A DNA stretch of 64,000 bases from Phoronis australis (taxonomy: Eukaryota > Animalia > Phoronida), in NCBI GenBank assembly GCA_002633005.1, contig NMRA01000558.1:10441-74440 (forward strand), read 5' to 3'. The notes under the pieces were generated by a model. That model was not told where the DNA came from, searched no databases, and saw nothing but the letters and a program-made list of their open reading frames with translations. Numbering within the stretch: the stretch's first letter is position 1; each line of letters starts with the position of its first letter. Positions 51,924-62,089 of this stretch are shown here, in pieces. The translations under genes and the position numbers were made by a program.

Positions 51924-52284
51924 CTACCAGAGCCTCTTAAAAAACACCCATCTTCGAAGTGACATGAACAAATGTACAAGTTTTTTTTTGGAAGAACAAC
52001 TTCCATTCACGTCGACGCGAGAACATAACTTTTTCTCCCACAGCGGATTTTGGGGTCTCCGTACACTATGGAAGCTAACGCCTCTGCATTTCGCCTGCGT
52101 AGCCGGACAACCGGCCACACAGCAGCCGACCATGATTAGCAGACGACGTACTTGCCGGAAATTACACCAGATAATTTAGCCAGATGTCGCCAGTGAATAA
52201 TGACGTAAGGGGCTTGTGCGCAAGCTAACAGATTTCGTCCATTGAAAGTATACGGAGTTGGCGGTCCATGTACTATAGTCTATG
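51924..52284 (-). mobile_element. Truncated THAP-domain DNA transposon (P-element/THAP type) with one terminus
   Basis: ORF 52133-51924 MVGCCVAGC..RGVSFHSV..P..LW resembles a THAP zinc-finger start (MxxCCVxGC, SFH, W). The terminus CATAGACTATAG (minus strand, 52284) is shared with 18517. Confidence 0.7.
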
Positions 52285-53329
52285 ATGCTTACAGAACACT
52301 ATTTTGGTGTTCTATCAGAGTTTCTGAGCATTAAGTGTTCTATTGGTGGTGAATTTTGCCCATGCTCATAAGCGATTATTTCTTCACAATCCATCAAATA
52401 TAAACAAGCATGTCAGAGTCATTATGGTATGAAGCAACCACAATGTGGGCTAAAAATAAAAGGACTGTCTATTGTCACAGTAAGTTCTTTATTTTTTTTT
52501 ATAGTAGGCATGAACTATTATACATATGGATCTAACATTCCCACTTATTGAAACACCTGTTATCAAATACTGAGAAGTATGTGTCAATATCAATTCATGA
52601 CATGTAAATGTACAGTCAAGAAGTACTTCTATTTCAACAACCAGTAAGTTTTTCCATTAGCTCGCGGCACACAACTTTAAAACCCTTACTCGATTTCTCT
52701 CTATAGGGATCTTCCATTAAAAACTGCTGAAGAGTCCCACCATGGCAGTGACGAAAAGGAGACTTCGGTTTAGAGAAAACAGAAGACTCATTATACAACA
52801 TACGATTACTGGTAGAAGGCATAATTACGGATATAAATGAAATTTAACTAAAAATATGATCATTTTTACCCTGAAAATTTGAAGGGTTAGAATATCGGAT
52901 CAGTTTATGAATTGAAAATTTGGAGGAAAGGTAACAATTACGACAAAATTCAGGACAGAGCTCTACAAGAGAGTAAATAATCATCATTACACTGAAGACC
53001 AGCTATCGGAAAATTTTGCATGACATAAAATTAATAAGTATAAAAACGGAATTGAAATGTCAGCTTTCTGCTTGTGTCCTAGAATTAGTAATCCAATCAT
53101 AAGTTTTACTGTTACTAAACAAACATTGTAATACCTTCAACAGTAGCAGTCTCTGCACTCGGCTTCATATGCACTAACCTATCCATCCAAGAAAAATCTG
53201 TGTTGCTACATTAGTCAGTGGTATGCTCATCATCTCACGAACACTCTGTCATGTTGTGGTGCCTTCCTACTTCTAGATGATCACCCAGCAACCGTCGTAG
53301 ATACAAATAGACACATTAGCAGCTTCAAG

Positions 53330-54265
53330 ACATGTTTGGTGTAATTATCAGTTCGTTTATTTTGTGCTACCAAGCTTTCATACACTTAGTTCTTGCTTAT
53401 ATCACATTTATTAAACACACATCCATCAACACCTGTCAACAACTCAGTGGCATCGTGTTTTACAAACGTCCAAAACACACTCAACCTTTCTCCCATTCCA
53501 CACACGTGTCCTTTTTGTTCGAGCACATTCCACAGAGGCACTGTCATTGCCTTACCAATTCTTCCCCACGCACGAGCACAAGCAGCATACTGACTCCTTT
53601 CAAGATCAGCGTATACAGCTTTCAATAACAGATTGTCGTCCTTGACTTTCTCAAAAAATCCTGTCAATATCCCCTCTCCAATAAAGCAGAGACACCAGTG
53701 CCATTATGAAATGTTGTATTAAACCTATTCCCTCGAAACGGTGCCAAAGGCACTGAACGTTGGTGAACTTGCAAAAATCTGCAAAGAGACCAGCTCTGCC
53801 AGATTTTTCGCAAAAGTCTCTTCCTTGCACTGCCTTACACAACGTCCAAATAAGCCTACTCGTACCACTTTTAGTCGCCTTTGGATACACTCCAGGTTTG
53901 GAGCTAGCTTCAACCTTGCCCACGTTTTCTCCAAATACAAGTTTCTCATAGATTTTCAGGGCTCCTTCACTCAGCTCTGCTAAGCGTTCAACAAAGTGCA
54001 TTCCACAAAAGTTATTCATTCTGTCAACGCTTTCCCTCTCACATTTCGACACAATTATATTGTTGAATCACCTCCGGTAGTATGCTTCCCTATTTTCACC
54101 CAACAACTCATTAAATTTCTTTTCAGTGACTGCATGGTCGAACATCGTATTCTTGGTCTTACCAACAGTCTTTTTACTGATGATTCCAACATCACCTTCA
54201 ACTGTGGATGCCACATCTCCAGTGACTTCTTTCAACGTCTCGAGGGTTGTCTTGCAATGTGCTGA
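53330..54265 (-). pseudogene. Decayed DDE transposase with CxxH motif (hAT/P/MULE-like supergroup; family unassigned)
   Basis: Frameshifted segments: NTMFDHAVTEKKFNELL (second catalytic D region), NNFCGMHFV (CxxH), SGTSRLIWTLCKA..EKSG, FRGNRFN, NLLLKAVYADL..RAWGRIGK..TVPLW. Confidence 0.7.
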
Positions 54266-55878
54266 ACATACTGTATCAACTTTGATTTGACCGATTCAAG
54301 CTCTTGAGCAGACAACTTGCCTGAACGTTTAACTGCATTACTTGGCTGTTCATTGTGAATGAACCTCAACGTCCATGCTGTGACCCCCAGAGCCTTATTC
54401 AATGTTCCTCATCGGTCTATATCCAACACTTCAGTTGGTTTGTTGACATTAGTCATACTGACTTCATCACCTTGGGAAGTCTCAGGCAGTGGGGGTATGT
54501 CATCGAGAGTATAATTACTTTCAACAGCCAACCATTGTGGACCTTGCCACCACAATCTATTCGAAATTAACTGTTCACCCAATAGACTTCTGCTTGAACA
54601 ATCAGTAGGGTTCTCTGCAATGCTGCAATATTTCCAAGTTGAAGGATTCACAAAAGATTGAATTTCGCGTACCCTGTTTGCTACAAATGGCTTCCATCTC
54701 AAAGGACCACCAACAATCCAAGATAAAGCAACCATGGAGTCAGACCAACGAAACATGGATACAGAATCTTCTAGTTTGAGAGCATGTTTCACAAAACCAA
54801 CGAGCCTCGCCCCAGCAATGCATTTAATAACTCCAACCGAGGCAATGTTATCTTCTTAACTGAAGCAACCTTGGCTTTAGACTTAACTGATTTCATAACC
54901 ACCTTCGACAGGAATTTTGATGTACACCACTGCACCGCAGGCTCGTTTGGATGCGTCACAAAACACATGTAACTCAATACCTTCACTGTTGGACCATGGG
55001 ACACTAGCTTATACTCTGGGTATCATAAATGACTCTAATTGCTGAATTCCCTTGAATCATTTTACAAAATAGTTTCGCATATCAGTGGGAACTGTACAGT
55101 CCCATTCCAACCCATGTTGCCATGTTGGATTTTGATAACGTTTCCCATGAAACCCTAATAGTTATTCAAACCTTTCAGGATATGCACAGACAAACGTCGA
55201 GATTCACCATAATTGTCGGCAAACTCAAGTGCACCACACACAAACTTATCTAACATGTCACAAGGCAAACGTGACCTGACTAGAGGGGAACAAATGTAAG
55301 GTACCTCAGCCGCCTCAAGAGAACCAAAACCATATTTATCCGACAATTAGATGCAATACACATTGTAGGTTTTCTTGACAAATGACAACATAGTTTATGT
55401 ACTTTGACCCTACCCACTTGGGTTTACCTCTTTTAACAAACTCTATGGAAACATAGGACTGATCTGAGCCATTATCAAATAAAACTACGACGGGAGACTC
55501 ACCAGAGCTACCAACAGCAGTCTGTAATACAGTGGTCTATTCTCTTTGTGTTTGAATCTTGAGGCTGTAGGACCTGTTGACATCTTGACTGCAGAATTGT
55601 TTTCATCACTGTCGCACAACAAGTAATGATTTGCTCCATTACAATTTTCACAACACACTTTGCACTTTGGTCCGTCTCGACGGTGAACTTCATCTTGTAG
55701 AAAATCCAACAAGAACTGCAGATCACCTTCCCTTCCCTCGGAGTTTCTCGTGCACTCCACCCTTACCTCTGGCAATCGGCTAATGATAATTGGAGTCAGA
55801 ACCACTCCAAACTGGTCGCCATCGACACCAAGTGATTCTAGACTTCTTATATGCGCGTTCAGTTGGTCGAGCATTTTT
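54266..55878 (-). mobile_element. Decayed BEL/Pao LTR retrotransposon internal fragment
   Basis: Gag DUF1759-like (LDQLNAHIRSLESLGV..FGVVLTPIIISRLP), protease-like (LFDNGSDQSY; VPYICSPL..LEFADNY), Pao RNase H region (KSKAKVASVKKITLPRLELL; WSDSMVALSWI..WKPFVANRVREIQ..ENPTDCSSR..WWQGPQWL). RT core largely deleted. Confidence 0.9.
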
Positions 55879-55894
55879 CACAATGTGTTTAGTT

Positions 55895-56197
55895 CAATGT
55901 TCTTAGGAAAAGTAGGACAATTTTATACAAGCAGGGTTATGATAGAGGAGGTAACCGTGAAGGGACAGGCACAGCACTTGGGGCGTGCCATGCACATAAT
56001 AAGGGAAGCGATGCGCCTGTACTCAGACATGCATCCTCTGAAATTCAACACAGTTCTGATTGAGAGGACCCGTCCACAGCGGACACTGTTCTTCAAGGTA
56101 AAACGTTAAGGAGATGCTTTGTTTTAGACTATGACAATTTTCGAAAATGAGGGGTGTTTGAACGAATGCACTGGCAATGACAAGATGATAGTTGTAC
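55895..56197 (-). pseudogene. His-Cys-box (His-Me finger) endonuclease copy A1
   Basis: ..EEQCPLWTGPLNQNCVEFQRMHV*VQAHRFPYYVHG..YLLYHNPACIKLSYFS*; in-frame stops; abuts the BEL fragment. Confidence 0.7.
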
Positions 56198-56519
56198 CTG
56201 TAAAAACGTATTTCATTTATGGTATAAGGAATTGCACGGAAGTCCACTATGACTTATGTTCTTAAAACATCTGAAATGCATGAATGAGTGTCTTATTCTT
56301 AATCGTAAGCACCACATCTACACCTAACTGAAGGGTCCATTGCCACCACCTGAACAAATAAAACTTGATTATTTTATAGGGAGCTTCCAAAAGAAGACCA
56401 CGAAGCATTTCGTATACCTTGTTATACTGTAACATTCATTACCTTCTGTACTGGACAATACAGTTCATGCCCGACGCTCAGTACCTTGACCGTCTTGTTT
56501 ATACTTCTACCATCAGATC

Positions 56520-57055
56520 CAAGCAACAGACTTAGAAATTTGCGAAGAGGCCCCCTGTAGCGACGTTTTTCGCTCTCAGCCAATACTCTTTCAATGATTC
56601 AGGTCATTTCAGTTTGCGTGTTATCCTATTCATAGTCCACAAATACACACCTTTCTACCTGTAACACACAATGACGCAGACTCTTTGTAGGTACCTTTGA
56701 CGTTTCGTCATATCATCACGATTTAAGTGATGTGCTTAGTGAACAAATCGCAAAAAATGAATTCCATATGCCAAACAGTAACTCTATTGAAAGACGAGCA
56801 GAACAAAATGAATCAACGGTACGTTAAAAGGCCATTACCCTGGTTGGCGGTGATGGTGTTGCAGACGTTCAGCTTGACGTTTCGTACTCAAATAGGCCCC
56901 AGGATGCCTGCAAAAAGTCAAACTTCTTCAGCAGAAGGTGACCTGCAGACGTCCATACCTTTGCCACAGCGAACATCCATGTATCCTGCAAGCATGAAGA
57001 GTGCAGCAAAAATATGTTGCTGAAAAAACGGATTTTAAAAAACTCTTGATGGGAT
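56520..57055 (-). pseudogene. Degenerate fragment resembling the C-terminal half of a DUF6589-like protein
   Basis: Frameshifted motifs YLSTKRQAERL/VCNTITANQG, WHMEFI..TKHI, IIERVL..YRGPLRKF. The part at 56520-56730 is duplicated at ~58745-58960. Family call by eye only. Confidence 0.4.
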
Positions 57056-57059
57056 TACG

Positions 57060-57412
57060 CTACTCGGAGACATGATCGACATCCTTGTGATCATTGCATT
57101 CCCCGTTGTGTTTACAAATTTGTCTTGAGTTACTAATTTTGGGATGTTCATAGGAAAAGCAGGAGAATTTTATACAGGTAGGGTTATGGCAGAGGTGGGA
57201 AAAGTGATGGTACAGGGACAGCACCTGGGGCGTGGCATGCAAATAATCAGGTGAGTGATGCGCATGTACTTCCCCTGAAATTCAACACAGTGAACATCGT
57301 ATCCCTTTTTAGTGAGAGGACCTGTCCACAGCTGACACTGTCCCTTAGTGTAGAACTTCAAAGACGTCAATCCATCATGTACTTCCACCAAAATGAATTC
57401 CGACTCAGCCAT
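57060..57412 (-). pseudogene. His-Cys-box endonuclease copy B1
   Basis: MAESEF..GQCQLWTGPLTKKGYDVHCVEFQGKY [frameshift] ..DYLHATPQVLSLYHHFSHLCHNPTCIKFSCFSYEHPKISNSRQICKHNGECNDH. Confidence 0.8.
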
Positions 57413-57489
57413 CTAAATGTGATTTTATTACAATAAAAGCAAAAACGAAATGTTATCAAGCTGTACACCCGTAACTCCCACAGAAGAAG

Positions 57490-58125
57490 TCTCTGTCATT
57501 TTAATGACATGAAGAAATTAGACACCACTTGCTCGGCAATATGTTCATCATAGAAGTTGCTGAGCTCATTGCAGTTTACGTTGTCTACCAGAACTGATCA
57601 ATGAGTGCGATGATCATTTCTGCTCTTGGAATCGCTTCTTAACTTAAGTCACGAATTCTTAAGGTCTATTAAAGTTCGACAAGTATTTTGTTGACTTTTG
57701 ATGGCTGTCAGTCATTCAGAATTTGAATAAATGGCCAAACTCTTCATCAACTCCACAACGATATTCCTAATCAATGCCTGAATTAACCTTTAGTTGTCGC
57801 TGCGGTTCATGACTATTGCTTTAACCCTGTATCTCCAGAATGTTTAACAGGCCTATACAGCAAAACCAAACGTTTTTTTTAATAAAAGTCTAAAAACACA
57901 TTAAACGTATTCACATGGCATCTTTCATTTGTTCTTACTTGATTGGCGATAATGCAGCCGTCACTGCTGTGTACTGTGACTTTGGCAATAATTCAACCGT
58001 CAATGTTGTGAACTGTGACTATCAACGTTGTCCCGCTCTTGAATACATCCACACGGACCTTCCATGTATGTCCGCCATATCCTCAACATCCTTCAGTTTA
58101 GTTTTCTCAAACAACTTGGTGATTG
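57490..58125 (-). pseudogene. Degenerate DUF6589-like N-terminal fragment (copy 1)
   Basis: Colinear with 60445-61010; includes DSKSRNDHRTH..VLVDNVNCNELSNFYDE and upstream KLKDVEDMAD/TWK..VDVFK. Confidence 0.45.
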
Positions 58126-58126
58126 A

Positions 58127-58451
58127 GTCTTGAGTTATTAGTTTTGGGAGGTTCGGTGGAAACGTAGGAATATTTTCTACAGGCAGATTTTTGGCAGAGG
58201 TGGGAAACATGACAGGACTGAGGCAGCACCAAGGGCGTGACATGCAAATAAGGCGAGCGATGCACCTATACTCTGACATACTTCCTCTGAAATTCAACAT
58301 AGTGAATATCGCATCCCTTCTGCACCCTTCCACAGCTGCCACTGTTCTTTAAGGCAAAGCTTTTAAAAGGATGGTTTGTTTTAGACTGGCAATTTTCAAA
58401 ATTAATGGGTTTTGAAAGAATGCACTGGCCATGGTAGGGAGATAGTTGTAC
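58127..58451 (-). pseudogene. His-Cys-box endonuclease copy A2
   Basis: ATG at 58432; ..QKGCDIHYVEFQRKYVRV*VHRSPYLH..HVSHLCQKSACRKYSYVSTEPPKTNNSR; stops and frameshifts. Confidence 0.75.
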
Positions 58452-58961
58452 CTGTAAAAGCATATTTTTGTTTACAGTACGTGGAATTGCACTGTAGTCC
58501 ACTATGTTTTATGTACTTTAAAATATCTGAAATACATGAGTGAGTGCCTTATACTTAATCGCAAGCACCACATCCACACCCTACTGAAGGGTTCATTGCC
58601 ACCACCTGGACAGATCAAGAGAGACCCTTTTATAGAGAGCTTCCAAAAGAAGACCATGAAGCATTTCGTATACCTTGTTGTACTGTAACATTTACTCCCT
58701 TCTGTACCGGAGCATACCTTTCAGAACCTTGGCCATCCGAGAAATGCATGTACCATCAGATCCCAGCAACTTAGAATTTTGCCAAGAGGCCACCTGTAGT
58801 GATGTTTTTCGCTCTTAATCAGGACCACGCTACCCTTTCAGTTTTTCAGACCATTTCGATTTGTTTGCTGGCCTATTCAACGCCGACAAATACCTACTTT
58901 TCTACTCGTTACGCTGAATGGTGGGACCCCTTTTAAGTAACTTTGACGTTTCGTGATATCG

Positions 58962-59299
58962 TCACAATTTAACTGCTGCGCAAATTTGTCTTGAGTTGTT
59001 AATTTTGGGAGGTTCATAGGAAAGGTAAGACAATTTTCTAGTGGCAGAGTTATGGCAGAGGTGGGAAATGTGACGGGACTGCGACAGCACCTTGGTCGTG
59101 CCATCCAAGTAATCGGGTGAGCCAGGCACCTGTACTCTGACATACTTCCCCAAAAATTCAACACAGTGAACATCGTATCCCTTCTGCACCTGTCGTAAGC
59201 TGTTACTGTTCTTTAGGGTAAAACTTTAAAAGAGATGGTTTGTTTTAGACTATGTTAATTTTGGAAATCATAGGTTGTTTGCAGGAACGCATTTTCCAT
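58962..59299 (-). pseudogene. His-Cys-box endonuclease copy A3
   Basis: ORF 59189-58962 QKGYDVHCVEFLGKYVRVQV..HISHLCHNSATRKLSYLSYEPPKINNSRQIC; upstream part (ATG 59299) has stops. Confidence 0.8.
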
Positions 59300-59999
59300 G
59301 GCAAGTACCACATCGGCACCCAGCTGAAAGGTTCATTGCCACCACCTGGACAGATAAAGGTATACATGTACCCTTTTATAGAAAAGCATGAAACATTTCG
59401 TATACCTTATTATACTGTTACGTAACTTCCGACTGTTAACTTTGGTCTGAAAATGTGATTCCGTTTCGTAGAGTTTGAAGCAATGTGGGTAATTTAGGTA
59501 GTTTCTTAACTGCTACATGTACATGTACATGTACTTCAAAATCGACCTTCTAGTAGAAATTTTAATCGAAAATAGCACACTTCCGTACAAAGTCGGCCGT
59601 GAAAACCTAGCCATCCTATGTTTACGCTATCTTAGTGAGATCTAACTCAAGTGCACTCCACTTTTGGCAATCTCGTCTGATGTAAAGTCAGTACAAATCA
59701 CTCTCAAATATCAGCAGCGTGCTCCAGGCAGTTACATGCGGACCAGGAAATAACTTCTGCGCAAGGGCAAAATCTGGCTGAAACCAGCAGGTTGTCCACA
59801 ACGCATATAGGACGTTACCTATGACTCGCAATTTTGTGGGGTCTATTTGCAAGTGAAGTTACTCCGTGACAGATGACAATATTTCATTCAAACGATAACC
59901 ATATTCTAATGTTGATTGACTGTTAGTTTCGAATGTCTGTATTCTAAATGTTGAAAAAATTTCGTTGGGTACAAAGTAAAACGTGTAAGGAGACGTGCT

Positions 60000-60332
60000 A
60001 TCCCCGTAACCACTGCATTCCCCATTGTGTTTACAAATTTGTCTGGAGTTCTTAATTTCAAAGAGGTTGATAGGAAAAGCAGGGCAATTTCATACAGCCA
60101 GGGTTATGGCACAGGTGGGAAACATGATGGGACAGGGACAGCACCTGGGGCGTGGCGTGCAAATAATCAGGAGAGCGATGCACCTGTAGTTCCCCTGAAA
60201 TTCAACACAGTGAACATCATATCCCTTTTGATTGAGAGGACCCGTCGGCAGCTGACACTGTCCCTCAGGGTAGAACTTCCAAGACGGCAATCCATCGAGT
60301 TCTTCCGCCAAAATGAATTCCGGATTAGCCAC
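60000..60332 (-). pseudogene. His-Cys-box endonuclease copy B2
   Basis: VANPEF..GQCQLPTGPLNQKGYDVHCVEFQGN [frameshift] QVHRSPDYLHATPQVLSLSHHVSHLCHNPGCMKLPCFSYQP [frameshift] EIKNSRQICKHNGECSGYGD. Confidence 0.8.
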
Positions 60333-60444
60333 CTAAATGTGGTTTTATTACAATAAAAACAAAAACAGAAATTTTATCATGTTGTACACCCGTAACTCCC
60401 ACAGAAGAAGGATGTTTATCATTATCATGCAATTTGTCTTACCT

Positions 60445-61010
60445 ATAGAGGTCTCTGTCATTTAATGACATGTAGAAATTAGACACCGCTTGCTCGGCAA
60501 TGGTATAATCAGGTTCATCAGAGAAGTTGCTGAGCTCAATGCGATTTACATTGTCTACCAGAACTGTCCAATGAGTACAATGATAATCTCTGTTCTTAGA
60601 ATCGATCCTTACCTTAAGTCATAAATTATTACGGTCTGTTCAAGTTGGACAAGTATTTTGTTGACTTTTTTGATGGCTGTCAGTCATTCAGAGTTTGAAT
60701 GAATGGCCAAACTCTTCATCAACTCCACAACAGTCATGCTCAATATTCCAAATCAATGCCTGCATCACCCTTACTTCAGTTGTCATTGGCGGTTTATCAC
60801 ATAACACATCAAAGCTTTTATAAAGTTCCTATGACTATTGCTTGAACCCTATATCTCCAGAGTGTTTAACATGCCTATACAGCAAAACCAAACGGGCTTT
60901 TAATAATTGCCTAAAAACACGTTAAACATATTCACATGGCCACTTTCCTTTGTTCTTACTTGATTGGCAATAATGCAGCCGTCAATATTGTGTACTGTGA
61001 CTTTTTGGCA
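60445..61010 (-). pseudogene. Degenerate DUF6589-like N-terminal fragment (copy 2)
   Basis: MLNTLEI*GSSNSHRNFIKSFDVLCD ... IYDLR/IDSKNRDYHCTHWTVLVDNVNRIELSNFSDEPDYTIAEQAVSNFYMSLNDRDLY. Confidence 0.5.
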
Positions 61011-61835
61011 ATAATGGCGCGAAATGCTTGCCTCCCAAAACGTCACTTCCGGAGTAGAGAACTAATAATTAACTAAATTGCGAAAAGCTGTAATTAAGTG
61101 GAAAATATGTTTGGGATAACCAACGAACCTTATTTTTGCTTAAAAAATACATGAAAAAGGGTTGCCTACGCCTTTAATCGACCTTGTTTATTCAGAGAGG
61201 AGCTCTCGATGCTATCGTGGTCGTTGTAGTTTTTCTACTTTAAAGGTGTTTTCTTTGGAGCAAAAATCCCATGAAAGGGTTCAGTAGTTGAAGAATGAAG
61301 GAGTGAAAAAAGCATGTCCCATTGTTTTGAGAACGTTTATTTTTCTTCATTTTTTGAAAATGTCCGAAATATTGGATTCAAATGTTAGATTAGTATTCGT
61401 GGCTGTTCGTAGAAGAGTCAAACTGTACATGTAAATGAAAAAAGCAAACCAGTACTTAGATTCGTACTCTATCAGTTGTGAAACGTTGGTTTCACAAGAT
61501 ACATGTACACGTACATGTATTTCGCAGTTTCCAGTGGGGAATGGTTTACATAATGTCTTCATTTTATGGCTATGCAGATTGTTTGGAATTTGTCTGGATT
61601 TTTGCATGCCATCATCAGAGTTTGAACCCTGGGAAACTGGTTGACCTCCAGGTACGGCAGCCAGGTCAGTACCCTCGTTTCACTCCTATGGAGATTCACG
61701 TGTTAACACCTGTCTTCTCAAGAATCAAGAATCTTTATTAAATGTTGTTCAGAAGAAACAGGTTTACATTACCCAATCGGGCATTTATACGGAAGCATGG
61801 AGAAAAATGGAACTTAAGCTGAATATGTAGCTAAA

Positions 61836-62010
61836 GAGGAGGCAGTGTGGCCTGGTTGATAAGTGCCCGCTTTCTTTACTCGAGGTCCTCGGTTTTAACC
61901 ATATATCAATAAAGCATAAAAATATTTCCAGGTGATCAATGCAATGGGCCCACATGCGAGGCCTGCGCACGTCTGATACAACGTGTATCAGACCGCCTGC
62001 AATTATTTTT
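61836..62010 (+). mobile_element. tRNA-headed SINE-like element
   Basis: GGCAGTGTGGCCTGGTTG..GGTCCTCGGTTTTAACC head; 3' part shared with 41193-41440. Confidence 0.55.
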
Positions 62011-62089
62011 TATAATATGGAGCTAACGTAATCCGATACAGATTTTGCAGATTCGTTTTGAAATTGAAAGTCATCTGCGCCGACTGCTA

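Noticed and set aside
55895-61010. CRISPR-like or simple satellite interpretation of the recurring blocks
   Set aside because: Units are 300-1000 bp, irregular, diverged and protein-coding in origin; there are no short constant repeats with unique spacers, and the context is eukaryotic.
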